Shown here: positions 37,434-46,493 of the stretch, one piece after another
Numbering within the stretch: position 1 is the first letter of the stretch
How the letters are laid out: every line of letters begins with the position of its first letter
Source: Rubripirellula sp.
GTDB taxonomy: Bacteria > Planctomycetota > Planctomycetia > Pirellulales > Pirellulaceae
Reading direction: 5' to 3'
Length of the DNA: 64,000 nt
NCBI GenBank assembly: GCA_965216875.1
Contig: OZ244207.1
Coordinates: 7,520,001 to 7,584,000, forward strand
Notes under the pieces: model-generated
Seen by the model: the letters and a program-made list of their open reading frames with translations, nothing else
What the model was told of the DNA's origin: nothing
Databases searched by the model: none
Position numbers and translations under genes: made by a program

Positions 37434-38906
37434 TTGCAACGATTCTTAAAATCGAACTCTCTTCAGGCCTTAACATTGTCCTCGTTTGATCTTCGCGATC
37501 CGGATGACGCCAACCGCTACGTTTTGCAAGGTCTGTTACTTGCACGTAGTGGCCCGGTCACCCCTGCGCGAGCTGAGCAATCACTGCGTTGGGCGATGGA
37601 GATTGTGTCGGATGGGTCACCGCTTCCACCGCTCGGGTTTGTTGCCGACGTGGGATTTGTGGCCTTGGGAACGCAGCGTAGCGCCGACATTGGTAAGGCG
37701 GACCCCGTCGAAGGACTCGACCACACCATCACTCGGCGATACGAGGACTATGTGCTGGGGAAGCTCTATGCGGACATGGGCTTCGAAAGAGCTGGCGATG
37801 CGTTGCTTCGCTATTCAGGGCGCGATCGTGACCGTGGGGTCGCGTACATCGTTAACCAACAACGGACCCGCTGTGGCTTCGGTGGCGCGATCCTCAGTCC
37901 CGCCGTGATCAAGGGCTTGCTTAAGAGAGACGGTGAAGCCGTTTGCCAACTCGCTTGGGAATCGGTGGAAACGGATCAGCTTTCGCCTCAGGTGATCGAG
38001 CAGTTCAAGCAATTGACGCTGGCGGTCCGCAACACCGGTGAATTGCTTGGCCCCGAAGATATTTTTGAACTCGAGTCGGGGACGGCGCTCGCGCAATTCG
38101 GTCAGCGTCTGGCGCTGCGACAGATCCTTCAAACGGCAACCACACTCGGCCAGGATATTCCCAAGCAGAAGCCTCGCTCGCAACCGCGCCAATACTCTGT
38201 GGCAACCAATATCATGGAGGAAGACCACTATCCGATTGGTGGTTTTACTTCGATCTCGAACAAGGGAACCGTTGAGAGTATGGTCCGCAGCGAGCTGGCA
38301 TACATCGACCCGGAAATGCGTCCTGACCTGTTTGACATCAAGTTTGCTCGCAACGAATTGTTGTACTATTCGCGCGACGAAAATCAGTTTCTGCGGCGTC
38401 GGTTGTCTTATGTCATTGTGTTGCAACCCAATCTGTCGGCGGCTCGATTTAAAGACGATTCGTTGCCGTGTCAAAGGATCATCTTGCTGTTGGCCTCGAT
38501 CTATGTCGCCGTGACGCAGTTGCTCGAGTGGCAAAGCACCGACGCGATTCAATTCGAGTTCCTCATCCCTCACAAGGATGGAGATGTCGAATTGGCCGAC
38601 GAAATGGTGCTCCTGCAAACGCTTTTCGGAGACCTGATCGCTTCGGAAACGGTCGAAGTCAGGGCCGTTGATCCCGATTCCATCGCCGAGCGGTGCATGT
38701 CTCGAGCGCGAACCAGCATGTGTCACACGTTGTCGATTGGGTGTGAAGATTCAGGCGACACTGACGAACTGTCGATTCCCGCCCGCATGGTGCTGGGGCA
38801 AGCTCAGCCGACGCTTGTCCTTGCTGGTGACTCGTTTGCCAGTGAGGAGGTTGGCGTCGCGGGCTGGAAAGAGCAGTTGGACCGTCTGTTGCGTTTTTGG
38901 GTTTAG
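37434..38906 (+). CDS. vWA-like partner of MoxR ATPase with degenerate MIDAS
   Basis: ViaA-like pre-vWA motif GGFTSISNKG...RSELA...DLFDIKFARNELLYYSRDE followed by strand YVIVLQPNLS (no DxSxS); start uncertain (37434 or 37476). Confidence 0.6.
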   Translation: MQRFLKSNSLQALTLSSFDLRDPDDANRYVLQGLLLARSGPVTPARAEQSLRWAMEIVSDGSPLPPLGFVADVGFVALGTQRSADIGKADPVEGLDHTITRRYEDYVLGKLYADMGFERAGDALLRYSGRDRDRGVAYIVNQQRTRCGFGGAILSPAVIKGLLKRDGEAVCQLAWESVETDQLSPQVIEQFKQLTLAVRNTGELLGPEDIFELESGTALAQFGQRLALRQILQTATTLGQDIPKQKPRSQPRQYSVATNIMEEDHYPIGGFTSISNKGTVESMVRSELAYIDPEMRPDLFDIKFARNELLYYSRDENQFLRRRLSYVIVLQPNLSAARFKDDSLPCQRIILLLASIYVAVTQLLEWQSTDAIQFEFLIPHKDGDVELADEMVLLQTLFGDLIASETVEVRAVDPDSIAERCMSRARTSMCHTLSIGCEDSGDTDELSIPARMVLGQAQPTLVLAGDSFASEEVGVAGWKEQLDRLLRFWV

Positions 38907-38955
38907 CGGTCCCGGATTGCAGTGCCGCTGAGCAGTTTCCTGCCGAGGCGGCCAC

Positions 38956-39729
38956 ATGTTGGACATCGAAGAGCACTTGCTCGATGCGGTTCTATCGCAT
39001 CGCGATGAGGATTGTCCTCGTTTGATCTATGCCGATTGGCTGGAGGAGACGGGAGATGTGCGCGCCGAGTTCATTCGCTTGCAGTGTGAACTGGCCAGTT
39101 CGCCGGACCGTTCAACGCTCAAGCAAAAGAACCGGATCACGCACCTGGATCGCAGTTTTCGTAGACGTTGGCTAAGCTCCTCCGATCGCCCTGAGTATCA
39201 CCTGCGGTTCGAGCGCGGGTTTGCCGAATACGCGCGTTTGTCAGCGGCACACTTTGCAAAGTCGGGGCGCGAGGTGTTGCGGAATCGAATGCTTCGAGAT
39301 CTGACGATCACTCCAACCGAGCAACTGGCCCATGGTGCACCCGCGCTCGTCACTAACTTGAATTGGACGCTCGGGCGTGCCGAACTCGACTGCCTTCGAA
39401 TCTCACGGTGCGGTATGAGTCAGGACGACTTTTTGCGTCTGATGCGAATCCAGAAGCTGTCGCGTTTGCGGACGCTCGACTTGGCGTGGAACCAATGCGT
39501 GACCAACGAGACGCTTGGCTCTCTCGAAAATGCGACATTCGCAGGCTCCCTGCGCATGCTCGATCTAACGGGCTGCATGATGGATGGCGACGCGTTTGAC
39601 GTGATAGCGAGCAAGGAGTTTTTCAAGGGTCTCGACTTGATTGTTTTGCATCGACCAAACGCGAGACGCTATGCGAAGCATCGAAAACGACTCGATGAAC
39701 GCCTCGGACAACGCATTCTGTACATGTAG
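38956..39729 (+). CDS. TIGR02996 domain protein with LRR-like C-terminus
   Basis: LLDAVLSHRDEDCPRLIYADWLEETGDVRAEFIRLQC; FERGF; LRTLDLAWN, LRMLDLTGC. Confidence 0.88.
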   Translation: MLDIEEHLLDAVLSHRDEDCPRLIYADWLEETGDVRAEFIRLQCELASSPDRSTLKQKNRITHLDRSFRRRWLSSSDRPEYHLRFERGFAEYARLSAAHFAKSGREVLRNRMLRDLTITPTEQLAHGAPALVTNLNWTLGRAELDCLRISRCGMSQDDFLRLMRIQKLSRLRTLDLAWNQCVTNETLGSLENATFAGSLRMLDLTGCMMDGDAFDVIASKEFFKGLDLIVLHRPNARRYAKHRKRLDERLGQRILYM

Positions 39730-39821
39730 CAGACTCGATGGTTGCGGTGTCGTGTCAGACTGAGTGACAATATTGGTCGCCAGCCACTTCGCCACTGCAT
39801 CCTCGATCTGCTGATTGTCCT

Positions 39822-40982
39822 GTGTCGTCCAATGTCGAAAAACCCAGTACGACGCGTCGGTTCGAGATGGCCAACGATCAGTCGTATAAGTTTTGGGAAA
39901 TCTCACGCGAAGACGCTGTGGTGCATGTCCGTTTTGGACGGATCGGCAACCAAGGACAGTCGAAAGAGATCACTCATCCGAACGTCGAAGAAGCAAAACG
40001 TGACTACGAAAGCCGAATCGACGAAAAGATTCGACGAGGCTACAAGGAAAAGTTCCAGGCGGCCAAAAAGGTCATCACGAATGAGGACATTTGGCGGTCC
40101 CTTGAAGATCACGAACCCTTCTTGAAGTCGATCTTGGAGGACCCCGACGAGCCAGGACGCTACGCGATTTACGCTGATTGGTTAATGGATCGAAATGATC
40201 CGCGCGGGACATTCACCCAGTTGCAGTTGGAACAACAGGATCCACAGTTGCCGCTTTACCGACGCGGCAAGATCGACGCTGAGATTCAACGACTTCGTGC
40301 GCTTCATTCACGACAATGGCTCGGTAGTTTGGCGAATTGGTTGATGGATCGAGGGTTGATGTCGATTCCTTACAAATTCTTTAACGGTCAACTTTCGAGT
40401 CTCTTCTGCGAAACGCTGGACGTCGAATTCGCCGCTCAGCTTCGTGATTCGCCCTATTGTCGGATGCTGCGAGAATTGACCGTCATCGAGGATGGGATTC
40501 AAGAAGGCGTTACGGCCAAGCATGGTTTGGAAACGTTGCTTGGTGCTGATTTTTCGAACCTGCGGGATCTTCGGGTTGGAACCGAGGATCACGTGCCATT
40601 CGGTCGACGTGGTCAGATACATGGGGCTTTGAAAGTCGTCGATCTGATTGCCACGATGCCGAGGTTGCAGAGTTTGATTCTCTGTGCGGATGTTCGTTGG
40701 TCCGATTTGTTCGCAATGGAGTTCCAATTTCTCACCGCGCTGTATGTCGACCTGAGATCGGATCAGTTGCCGATGTTGGCCGAGTCGGGCATCGTCAAGC
40801 AACTCCATACCTTGGGACTCTTCGGCTCGATTGATGACGAAGATGCGGAGTTTTTGGCATCGATCGAAGGGTACGAAGGTCTTGTGGAATGTTTAGTGCC
40901 CGAGAGCCGCGGGTTGACGCAAAAGGGAGTGCGACGCCTTGAGGTTGGCGGTGTTAGCGTGCACCGAGTCCCCGGCACGTGA
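39822..40982 (+). CDS. WGR + TIGR02996 + LRR-like protein
   Basis: RRFE...SYKFWEI...VRFGRIGNQGQ...EKIRRGY (WGR); ILEDPDEPGRYAIYADWLMDRNDPRG.F.QLQ; LRR-like strands. Confidence 0.85.
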   Translation: MSSNVEKPSTTRRFEMANDQSYKFWEISREDAVVHVRFGRIGNQGQSKEITHPNVEEAKRDYESRIDEKIRRGYKEKFQAAKKVITNEDIWRSLEDHEPFLKSILEDPDEPGRYAIYADWLMDRNDPRGTFTQLQLEQQDPQLPLYRRGKIDAEIQRLRALHSRQWLGSLANWLMDRGLMSIPYKFFNGQLSSLFCETLDVEFAAQLRDSPYCRMLRELTVIEDGIQEGVTAKHGLETLLGADFSNLRDLRVGTEDHVPFGRRGQIHGALKVVDLIATMPRLQSLILCADVRWSDLFAMEFQFLTALYVDLRSDQLPMLAESGIVKQLHTLGLFGSIDDEDAEFLASIEGYEGLVECLVPESRGLTQKGVRRLEVGGVSVHRVPGT

Positions 40983-41114
40983 GCCGAACGCGCTAGCGTC
41001 GGGCCCAACAGCGTCATCGCCGTTTGTAGTCCCGCCTTCAGGCGGAAAGCGTGAAGATTCCGGCTAAAGCTCGGTACTACGGACCCCGGCCCGACGCTAG
41101 CGCGTACGGCTCAC
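40979..41114. repeat. Nested REP cluster A>-C-<A
   Basis: A 40979-41004, C doublet 41026-41080, inverted A 41089-41114. Confidence 0.85.
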
Positions 41115-41167
41115 GGGCTGGGGACGCGAAACGTGGAATCAAATAGCTAGTCGTTCTATGTTTGCGG

Positions 41168-43978
41168 CTACACGCGGTCTTTGAGGATTTTGATTCCGCG
41201 ATCGAGGAACTGCAGCGGTCTGTCTTTGTGGTTTTCTTTCACACCATGTTTGATGACCGATTTGCGCAAGTCGTTAAGGATCTTGAGAGCGAACTCAGGT
41301 TCGTCGGCATTGTTGGCATAGAACTCGATCGCTTGAGGCCATATCGTCTGTTTTCGACAAAGAGCGAACGCGGGAACGTAAACGTTGTTGCCCCAATTGT
41401 CGCTTGGCGAACCACCGTAGAAGCTCACTGACTTGCCGCCGTCGTTTGACGACCAGGACTGCAATTTCGCGTGCGTTGCCTTGATCAACAATTCTGGGGC
41501 CTTGTCGGCAATCGTATCGAAAACGTCTGTCTCGGAGACAAAGTTACCCTCGATCGTTGCGGCTGCAAAAAAGTTCCACGGAGCGTCGTATTGGCCGGCG
41601 GTGTCCAGATCGATGCCGACTTGAATCTCGCTAGCCGAAATGACCCAGTGCTGTCCCATGCCATACATCGCGCCAGCCGGATCTTGGATTGGATTGCCGT
41701 CGTTCCAAACCTGTTCGGCGCGGTCGATCTCGTCGATCACCATTTTGGCAAGCCATGGTTGTTGGCTTGCTTGAATGTCCAGCTGTTCGCACAGCCGAAG
41801 CCCCATGGCTCGGGCCATGGTGAAGGGGAAGCCATTCAGGTCATCCGCGCTCGAGTTGGTGACCGCGATTCGCAAGCCATCGAGAAGTTTGACGAGTGTT
41901 CGCTCGGCTCGAGGGTCTGATTCGATAAACCTTTCTGCATGGTGGTAGGTGTTGTTGAGCAACCAGATAGAAGCGCAGCGACTACGAATGTTGCCTTCAT
42001 GCAATTCATCAGCGAGAACGGTCAAACCAGGATCCGCGCCGTAGTTTGGAAACACTTCCAGCAAAAATGCCATGAATTTGGGTGACGGATCCGCCTCTTC
42101 GCCAAACTGGCTGTCGCCGGTTCCCGACGACACGATTCCGCCCAATCGACGGGCGCACAGCAGCGTTGACTCTGCCGCTTCCCGACGACGATCGTTTTCA
42201 CGAGTGAGCGCCTCGACCGCTCGCATCACTTGCCCGAGTGATTTTGGGTCCTGCTCGCGTTTGAGCAGATCCATCCATTCTTCCAGAACTTTGCCTTGAA
42301 ACAAAAGTGGCCCGGCTGGTCTTGGATCCGAAATCGATTGCTTGACCAATGGGTTTCCGACAGTCGGGTTGATGGTTGGGTCGAGGGCTGCAGGACCGTT
42401 GCCCCCATCACCCATTCGAGTCGGATGAGCGCCAGGCAATCCCGATTTGCTTTCCAACAGATCGACCGGCGAGGTGGTGCCACGACCGATGGTCACGACA
42501 TTCTTGTCGAGCATAACCATCCCGGTCGGGTTCTCGATCTCAATTTCGTAAGTGCCTTTGTGCAGTGACAATCGATTGTCTTCACCCGTTTTGATTTCGA
42601 GGCGATCGACAAGCTCGTTGCCTTGGCGAATCGCAATCACGACGTCACCTTCGCCTTTGACAACCAATTCGCCGCGATCGGTGGCGATCTTTAAGACGAA
42701 GCCAGCAAAGAGAACCAAGGCGGCTGCGAGCCCCCAGATCCAGAGACGCGTTCCTTGATCGGGCGTGCTCGGCGCTGCTTGGCCGACCGTCAACAAAGAC
42801 CTTGGCTCTTCGCTTGACGCCGGTTTTCGCAATGCTTGTCGTAAGAGCCGTCGCACGGTGTTTTGGCGGGCGAATTTTTCGAGCTGCTGGGCGATGTCTG
42901 CGGCGTGTTGTGGGCGTTTTTTTGGATCGCGGGAAAGCATCGACGCGACCAATTCGACAACGTCGCGATCAACGTCCTCGCGAACCGAATCGAGCCGAGG
43001 TGGGTCTTCATTGGTAATCGCCATCACATGTTGCGCAAGACCGCCGCGTCGTTGATGTGGCGGTCTTCCGGCGATCAGACGAAACAGCGTCGCGCCCAAC
43101 GCGTAAATGTCCGCGCGAGGACTCACATCGCGACTATCGACCAGTTGCTCGGGTGCCACGTAGGGCATTGTTCCCATCAGGTGACCCACGGTCGTTAGCC
43201 GATCGTCAACGGCTAGCGGATCGTCACCCGAAAGCACAAGGCCTAGGTCAAGTAGTTTGACGACCCCATCACGCGTCAGCATCATGTTCGACGGTTTGAC
43301 ATCGCGGTGCACGAGTCCTGATGAGTGGATGTGTGCCAAACCGAGTGCGGCCTGCCGGACCAGTTCACAGGCATCGGCAACCTGCAGCGGTCCCATTCGA
43401 CTGGCAATCCTTCCAAGGTCCATTCCATCAAGGTGTTCCATCACCAAGTAGTGCCAACCATCTTGATGTCCCGCGTCGGTAGCGCGGACTACGTTCGGAT
43501 GTTCAAGCGATGCGATCGTCGTCATTTCGCGGTCGAATCGGTCAAGCCATCCCGGTTGGTCGACTCTTTCGCGTGGAAGCAACTTGATTGCACACTGACG
43601 TCGCAGTCGCTGGTGTTCGGCCAAATAGACCGTTCCCATCCCGCCTGCTCCCAACGCACGGATTAGCCGATAGGGACCGAGCACGTCTTGCGGAACCGAG
43701 TCGATCGGTGGCAAGACGCTCGAGGAGGCAGGTGTTTCGAGCATTTGCCAAAGCGCGACTTGGCAGGCGGTTTCGGCTTGCAACGGATCGGTCACGTCGC
43801 CGATCAAAGCGCCGCGAAGCCACATCCCATCGCGTTCGAACGCTTCAAGCTGCTGCCGGCAGGTCGAACAGTCGTCGAGGTGGACCAAGGCCGCGTCAAA
43901 CTCTTCGGCCGGGTATTGGCCACTTGCAACGCGTTTGAGAGCTTCAGGGTCGAGGCAGTTACGTTCGGGAGCGATCAT
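41168..43978 (-). CDS. Membrane Hanks-type Ser/Thr protein kinase with N-terminal HxxxCxxC finger
   Basis: HLDDCSTC; LGAGGMGTVY, AIK, HRDVKPSN, DLG, GTMPYVAPE, DIYALG; TM then extracytoplasmic domain. Confidence 0.95.
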   Translation of the reverse strand: MIAPERNCLDPEALKRVASGQYPAEEFDAALVHLDDCSTCRQQLEAFERDGMWLRGALIGDVTDPLQAETACQVALWQMLETPASSSVLPPIDSVPQDVLGPYRLIRALGAGGMGTVYLAEHQRLRRQCAIKLLPRERVDQPGWLDRFDREMTTIASLEHPNVVRATDAGHQDGWHYLVMEHLDGMDLGRIASRMGPLQVADACELVRQAALGLAHIHSSGLVHRDVKPSNMMLTRDGVVKLLDLGLVLSGDDPLAVDDRLTTVGHLMGTMPYVAPEQLVDSRDVSPRADIYALGATLFRLIAGRPPHQRRGGLAQHVMAITNEDPPRLDSVREDVDRDVVELVASMLSRDPKKRPQHAADIAQQLEKFARQNTVRRLLRQALRKPASSEEPRSLLTVGQAAPSTPDQGTRLWIWGLAAALVLFAGFVLKIATDRGELVVKGEGDVVIAIRQGNELVDRLEIKTGEDNRLSLHKGTYEIEIENPTGMVMLDKNVVTIGRGTTSPVDLLESKSGLPGAHPTRMGDGGNGPAALDPTINPTVGNPLVKQSISDPRPAGPLLFQGKVLEEWMDLLKREQDPKSLGQVMRAVEALTRENDRRREAAESTLLCARRLGGIVSSGTGDSQFGEEADPSPKFMAFLLEVFPNYGADPGLTVLADELHEGNIRSRCASIWLLNNTYHHAERFIESDPRAERTLVKLLDGLRIAVTNSSADDLNGFPFTMARAMGLRLCEQLDIQASQQPWLAKMVIDEIDRAEQVWNDGNPIQDPAGAMYGMGQHWVISASEIQVGIDLDTAGQYDAPWNFFAAATIEGNFVSETDVFDTIADKAPELLIKATHAKLQSWSSNDGGKSVSFYGGSPSDNWGNNVYVPAFALCRKQTIWPQAIEFYANNADEPEFALKILNDLRKSVIKHGVKENHKDRPLQFLDRGIKILKDRV

Positions 43979-44078
43979 GGCGGCGATCCTTGTTCAGAAC
44001 CTTGGGAAATCGGGCGACACCATGACAACGGAGGCATTGGACAGCTGAACGAGATTTTTTTCTTTGTGACAATTCCAA

Positions 44079-44729
44079 TCAATCGAGCCCCTGCATTTCT
44101 TGCTGCAAGCGGTGCAAAACACGGGCTCTGGCTTTATAAACGGCCCAACGAGAGACCCCCATTTCGTCGGCGACTGCAGCGGGCTCACGGCCTTCGACCG
44201 CGGTTTCCCAGAACATCCGCCAGCTACGTGGATCAAACGATTCTCGCATCAACTCAATCGTTCGTCGGCGGACCGAAGCGATGTCCGAGGTTTCATCGCC
44301 AGGCGGCAATTCCGATTCGACGGGTGAGTCGACCAGTTGCGGGTCGCCCAGTTCCGAGTCGACCAGAGGCTCTTCTCCCGCGACTTGTTGCATCTTTAGA
44401 TTCGCCTCCGTTCCCCCAGCGGCGGTCAAGCCTGCCGCGCGGGCGCGGTCGCGGATCTTGTTGCGAGTGATCGTCCAGAGCCAACCGCGGAAGGTTGACC
44501 CTGGTTTGCTGTAGTCGAAACCGCCAATCGCCTTGGCAACCGAAGCAAAGGTCTCTTGCATCACGTCGGCAGCATCCGCCGATTGACAGCCGGAACGTCG
44601 AGCCCACGCGTACACCACTGGCCCATAGACCTGAGCAAGCCGCCGCCAACTGTCACCGTCCCCTTCCCTGGCCCGATACAGCAGCGAGGTCGATGTGGAA
44701 GGTTCCGAGTCGTGCGTGCCAAAACTCAC
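44079..44729 (-). CDS. ECF sigma factor (kinase-associated planctomycete type)
   Basis: STSTSLLYRAR, DAADVMQETF, TFRGWLWTITRNK, AVYKARARV; directly upstream of the kinase. Confidence 0.92.
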   Translation of the reverse strand: MSFGTHDSEPSTSTSLLYRAREGDGDSWRRLAQVYGPVVYAWARRSGCQSADAADVMQETFASVAKAIGGFDYSKPGSTFRGWLWTITRNKIRDRARAAGLTAAGGTEANLKMQQVAGEEPLVDSELGDPQLVDSPVESELPPGDETSDIASVRRRTIELMRESFDPRSWRMFWETAVEGREPAAVADEMGVSRWAVYKARARVLHRLQQEMQGLD

Positions 44730-44849
44730 GAGGATGATCCGATCGAGAAAAGACGATGGCAGTAGCGCTTCGGCTTTATTGTAGATCGCAACGAATCGCT
44801 CCGCAAAACCGCGGCGGTCGATCGTGGACGTGAGTTGCGGCTGTCTGCG

Positions 44850-46229
44850 TTATCCAAACCTGAGCCAGCAGAGGGTCGTGATCACGACGACTCCGATCAC
44901 GTTGAGCGCAAATCCCTCTCGCGCCATCGTGCGAATCGTTAGTTTGTCGCTGCTGAAAACAATGGCGTTGGGGGGCGTCGCCACGGGCAACATGAATGCG
45001 AAGCTAGCGCTGATCGTCGCGGGCACCATGATCAAAGCCGGATCGATGTTCGCCGTCAGCGATGCGACCGCCAAAATCGGTAGCAACAGGTTCGCGGTCG
45101 CGGTATTGCTAGTGACCTCGGTCAAGAAGGTGACTGCAAGACAAACCATAGCGATCATCAACACCACCGGGATCGCGGCCAAGCCTCCCATCGAATCGCC
45201 AATCAATTGACTGAGCCCCGACGATGAAAAGGCTTCCGCGATGGCGATCCCGCCACCGTAAAGGATCAGCACACCCCAAGGGATCTTTGAAGCGGCCTCC
45301 CAAGTCAGGAGCGGCTCATCATTCCCATCGCCACTTGGAATCACGTGCATCGCGACGACAGCAAGCATTGCGACCCACGCATCGTTCGCACCAGGAAGGT
45401 CGAGCCAACCACTCCAACCTCCGAACGGTTCTTTGCGCGTGATCCAAAGCAGCGCGGTGATCGCAAAAACGGTGAGCGTTCGGATTTCGGCCGAACGCCA
45501 GCGACCGACCGGGGGCAGTTTGAGTCCGCCTTCGGGTTTCAGGCTGCGGGTCAACCACAGACCGGCTAGCGGAAGCATGATCAACAGGATCGGCATCGCC
45601 CACATCATCCAGCGGACAAACGAAGGTTCTGGCTGGTGCGCGTCATCAACAAAGGCGCGCATGAAGACGAGGTTCGGTGGAGTCCCGATGGGCGTTCCGA
45701 TGCCCCCGATGCTCGCCGAATAGGCAACGCCTAGCAGCAGGCAAACGTGTAGGTGCGGGTTCTTCGAGCGTTCCATCACCGCAGCAATGATCGGCAGTAA
45801 CATCAGCGTTGTTGCTGCATTGGAAATCCACATGCTCAGTACAGCGGAGGCTGCCATGAAGCCAAAGACAAGTTGTCGGCCACCCGAGCTTCCGCCAAAG
45901 GCGCGGACCATCGTCAATGCAATCCGACGATGGGCGCAGCTTCGCTCCATCGCCATCGAGAGCATGAACCCACCCATCATCAACAACACGAGCGAATGAC
46001 CGTACGATTGGCCGACCTGTTCGCGGGTCAAGACGCCAGTCAGCGGAAAGACAGCCAAGGGGATAAGTGAAGTGACCGGAATCGGAACCGGTTCAAAGAT
46101 CCACCAGATCGCACAGAGCACAACCACGCCCGCGGTCCACGCGATCGGCTCGGGTTGCTCGGCAAGATAAAGCCCACCACCAACAAGGATCGCGGCGATC
46201 GGACCGAGAAGGAGAATCCAGGACTTCAT
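44850..46229 (-). CDS. SLC13/DASS family sodium:dicarboxylate/sulfate symporter
   Basis: SMWISNAAT, GGIGTPIGTPPN, LTEVTSNTAT, AFMLPVATPPNA. Confidence 0.93.
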   Translation of the reverse strand: MKSWILLLGPIAAILVGGGLYLAEQPEPIAWTAGVVVLCAIWWIFEPVPIPVTSLIPLAVFPLTGVLTREQVGQSYGHSLVLLMMGGFMLSMAMERSCAHRRIALTMVRAFGGSSGGRQLVFGFMAASAVLSMWISNAATTLMLLPIIAAVMERSKNPHLHVCLLLGVAYSASIGGIGTPIGTPPNLVFMRAFVDDAHQPEPSFVRWMMWAMPILLIMLPLAGLWLTRSLKPEGGLKLPPVGRWRSAEIRTLTVFAITALLWITRKEPFGGWSGWLDLPGANDAWVAMLAVVAMHVIPSGDGNDEPLLTWEAASKIPWGVLILYGGGIAIAEAFSSSGLSQLIGDSMGGLAAIPVVLMIAMVCLAVTFLTEVTSNTATANLLLPILAVASLTANIDPALIMVPATISASFAFMLPVATPPNAIVFSSDKLTIRTMAREGFALNVIGVVVITTLCWLRFG

Positions 46230-46259
46230 TCAGGTGTGGAATTAGGTGGGCGTCTGAGG

Positions 46260-46383
46260 GTAGTGGACGAGGCTACGAGTCCCTTGGTGACTCATTGCCC
46301 ACGAATATTTGGGGCTGCGGACATTGGGGACTCGTTGCCTCGTCCACTACGGATACTGAAGGACTCGTGGCCTCGTCCACTAC
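46260..46383. repeat. REP family G triplet
   Basis: GTAGTGGACGAGGCTACGAGTCC 46260-46282; inverted copies 46328-46350 and 46361-46383. Confidence 0.8.
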
Positions 46384-46426
46384 GAAGATGATTGCGTCTC
46401 GTTGATGGTGAGAAACGCAAGTATAT

Positions 46427-46460
46427 AAAAAAACGCCGACAGCGATTGCTGCCGGCGTTT
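46427..46460 (-). terminator. Intrinsic terminator of secretin gene
   Basis: AAACGCCGACAGC-gatt-GCTGCCGGCGTTT hairpin preceded by an A-run on +. Confidence 0.7.
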
Positions 46461-46493
46461 CGTCTTGTTTTAGAATCGTTTCAAACGGTTCGA

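Noticed and set aside
46260..46383. Three 23-bp repeats as a mini CRISPR array
   Set aside because: Mixed orientation, unequal spacers (45 and 10 nt), GTAG-palindrome form and no cas genes; these are REPs.
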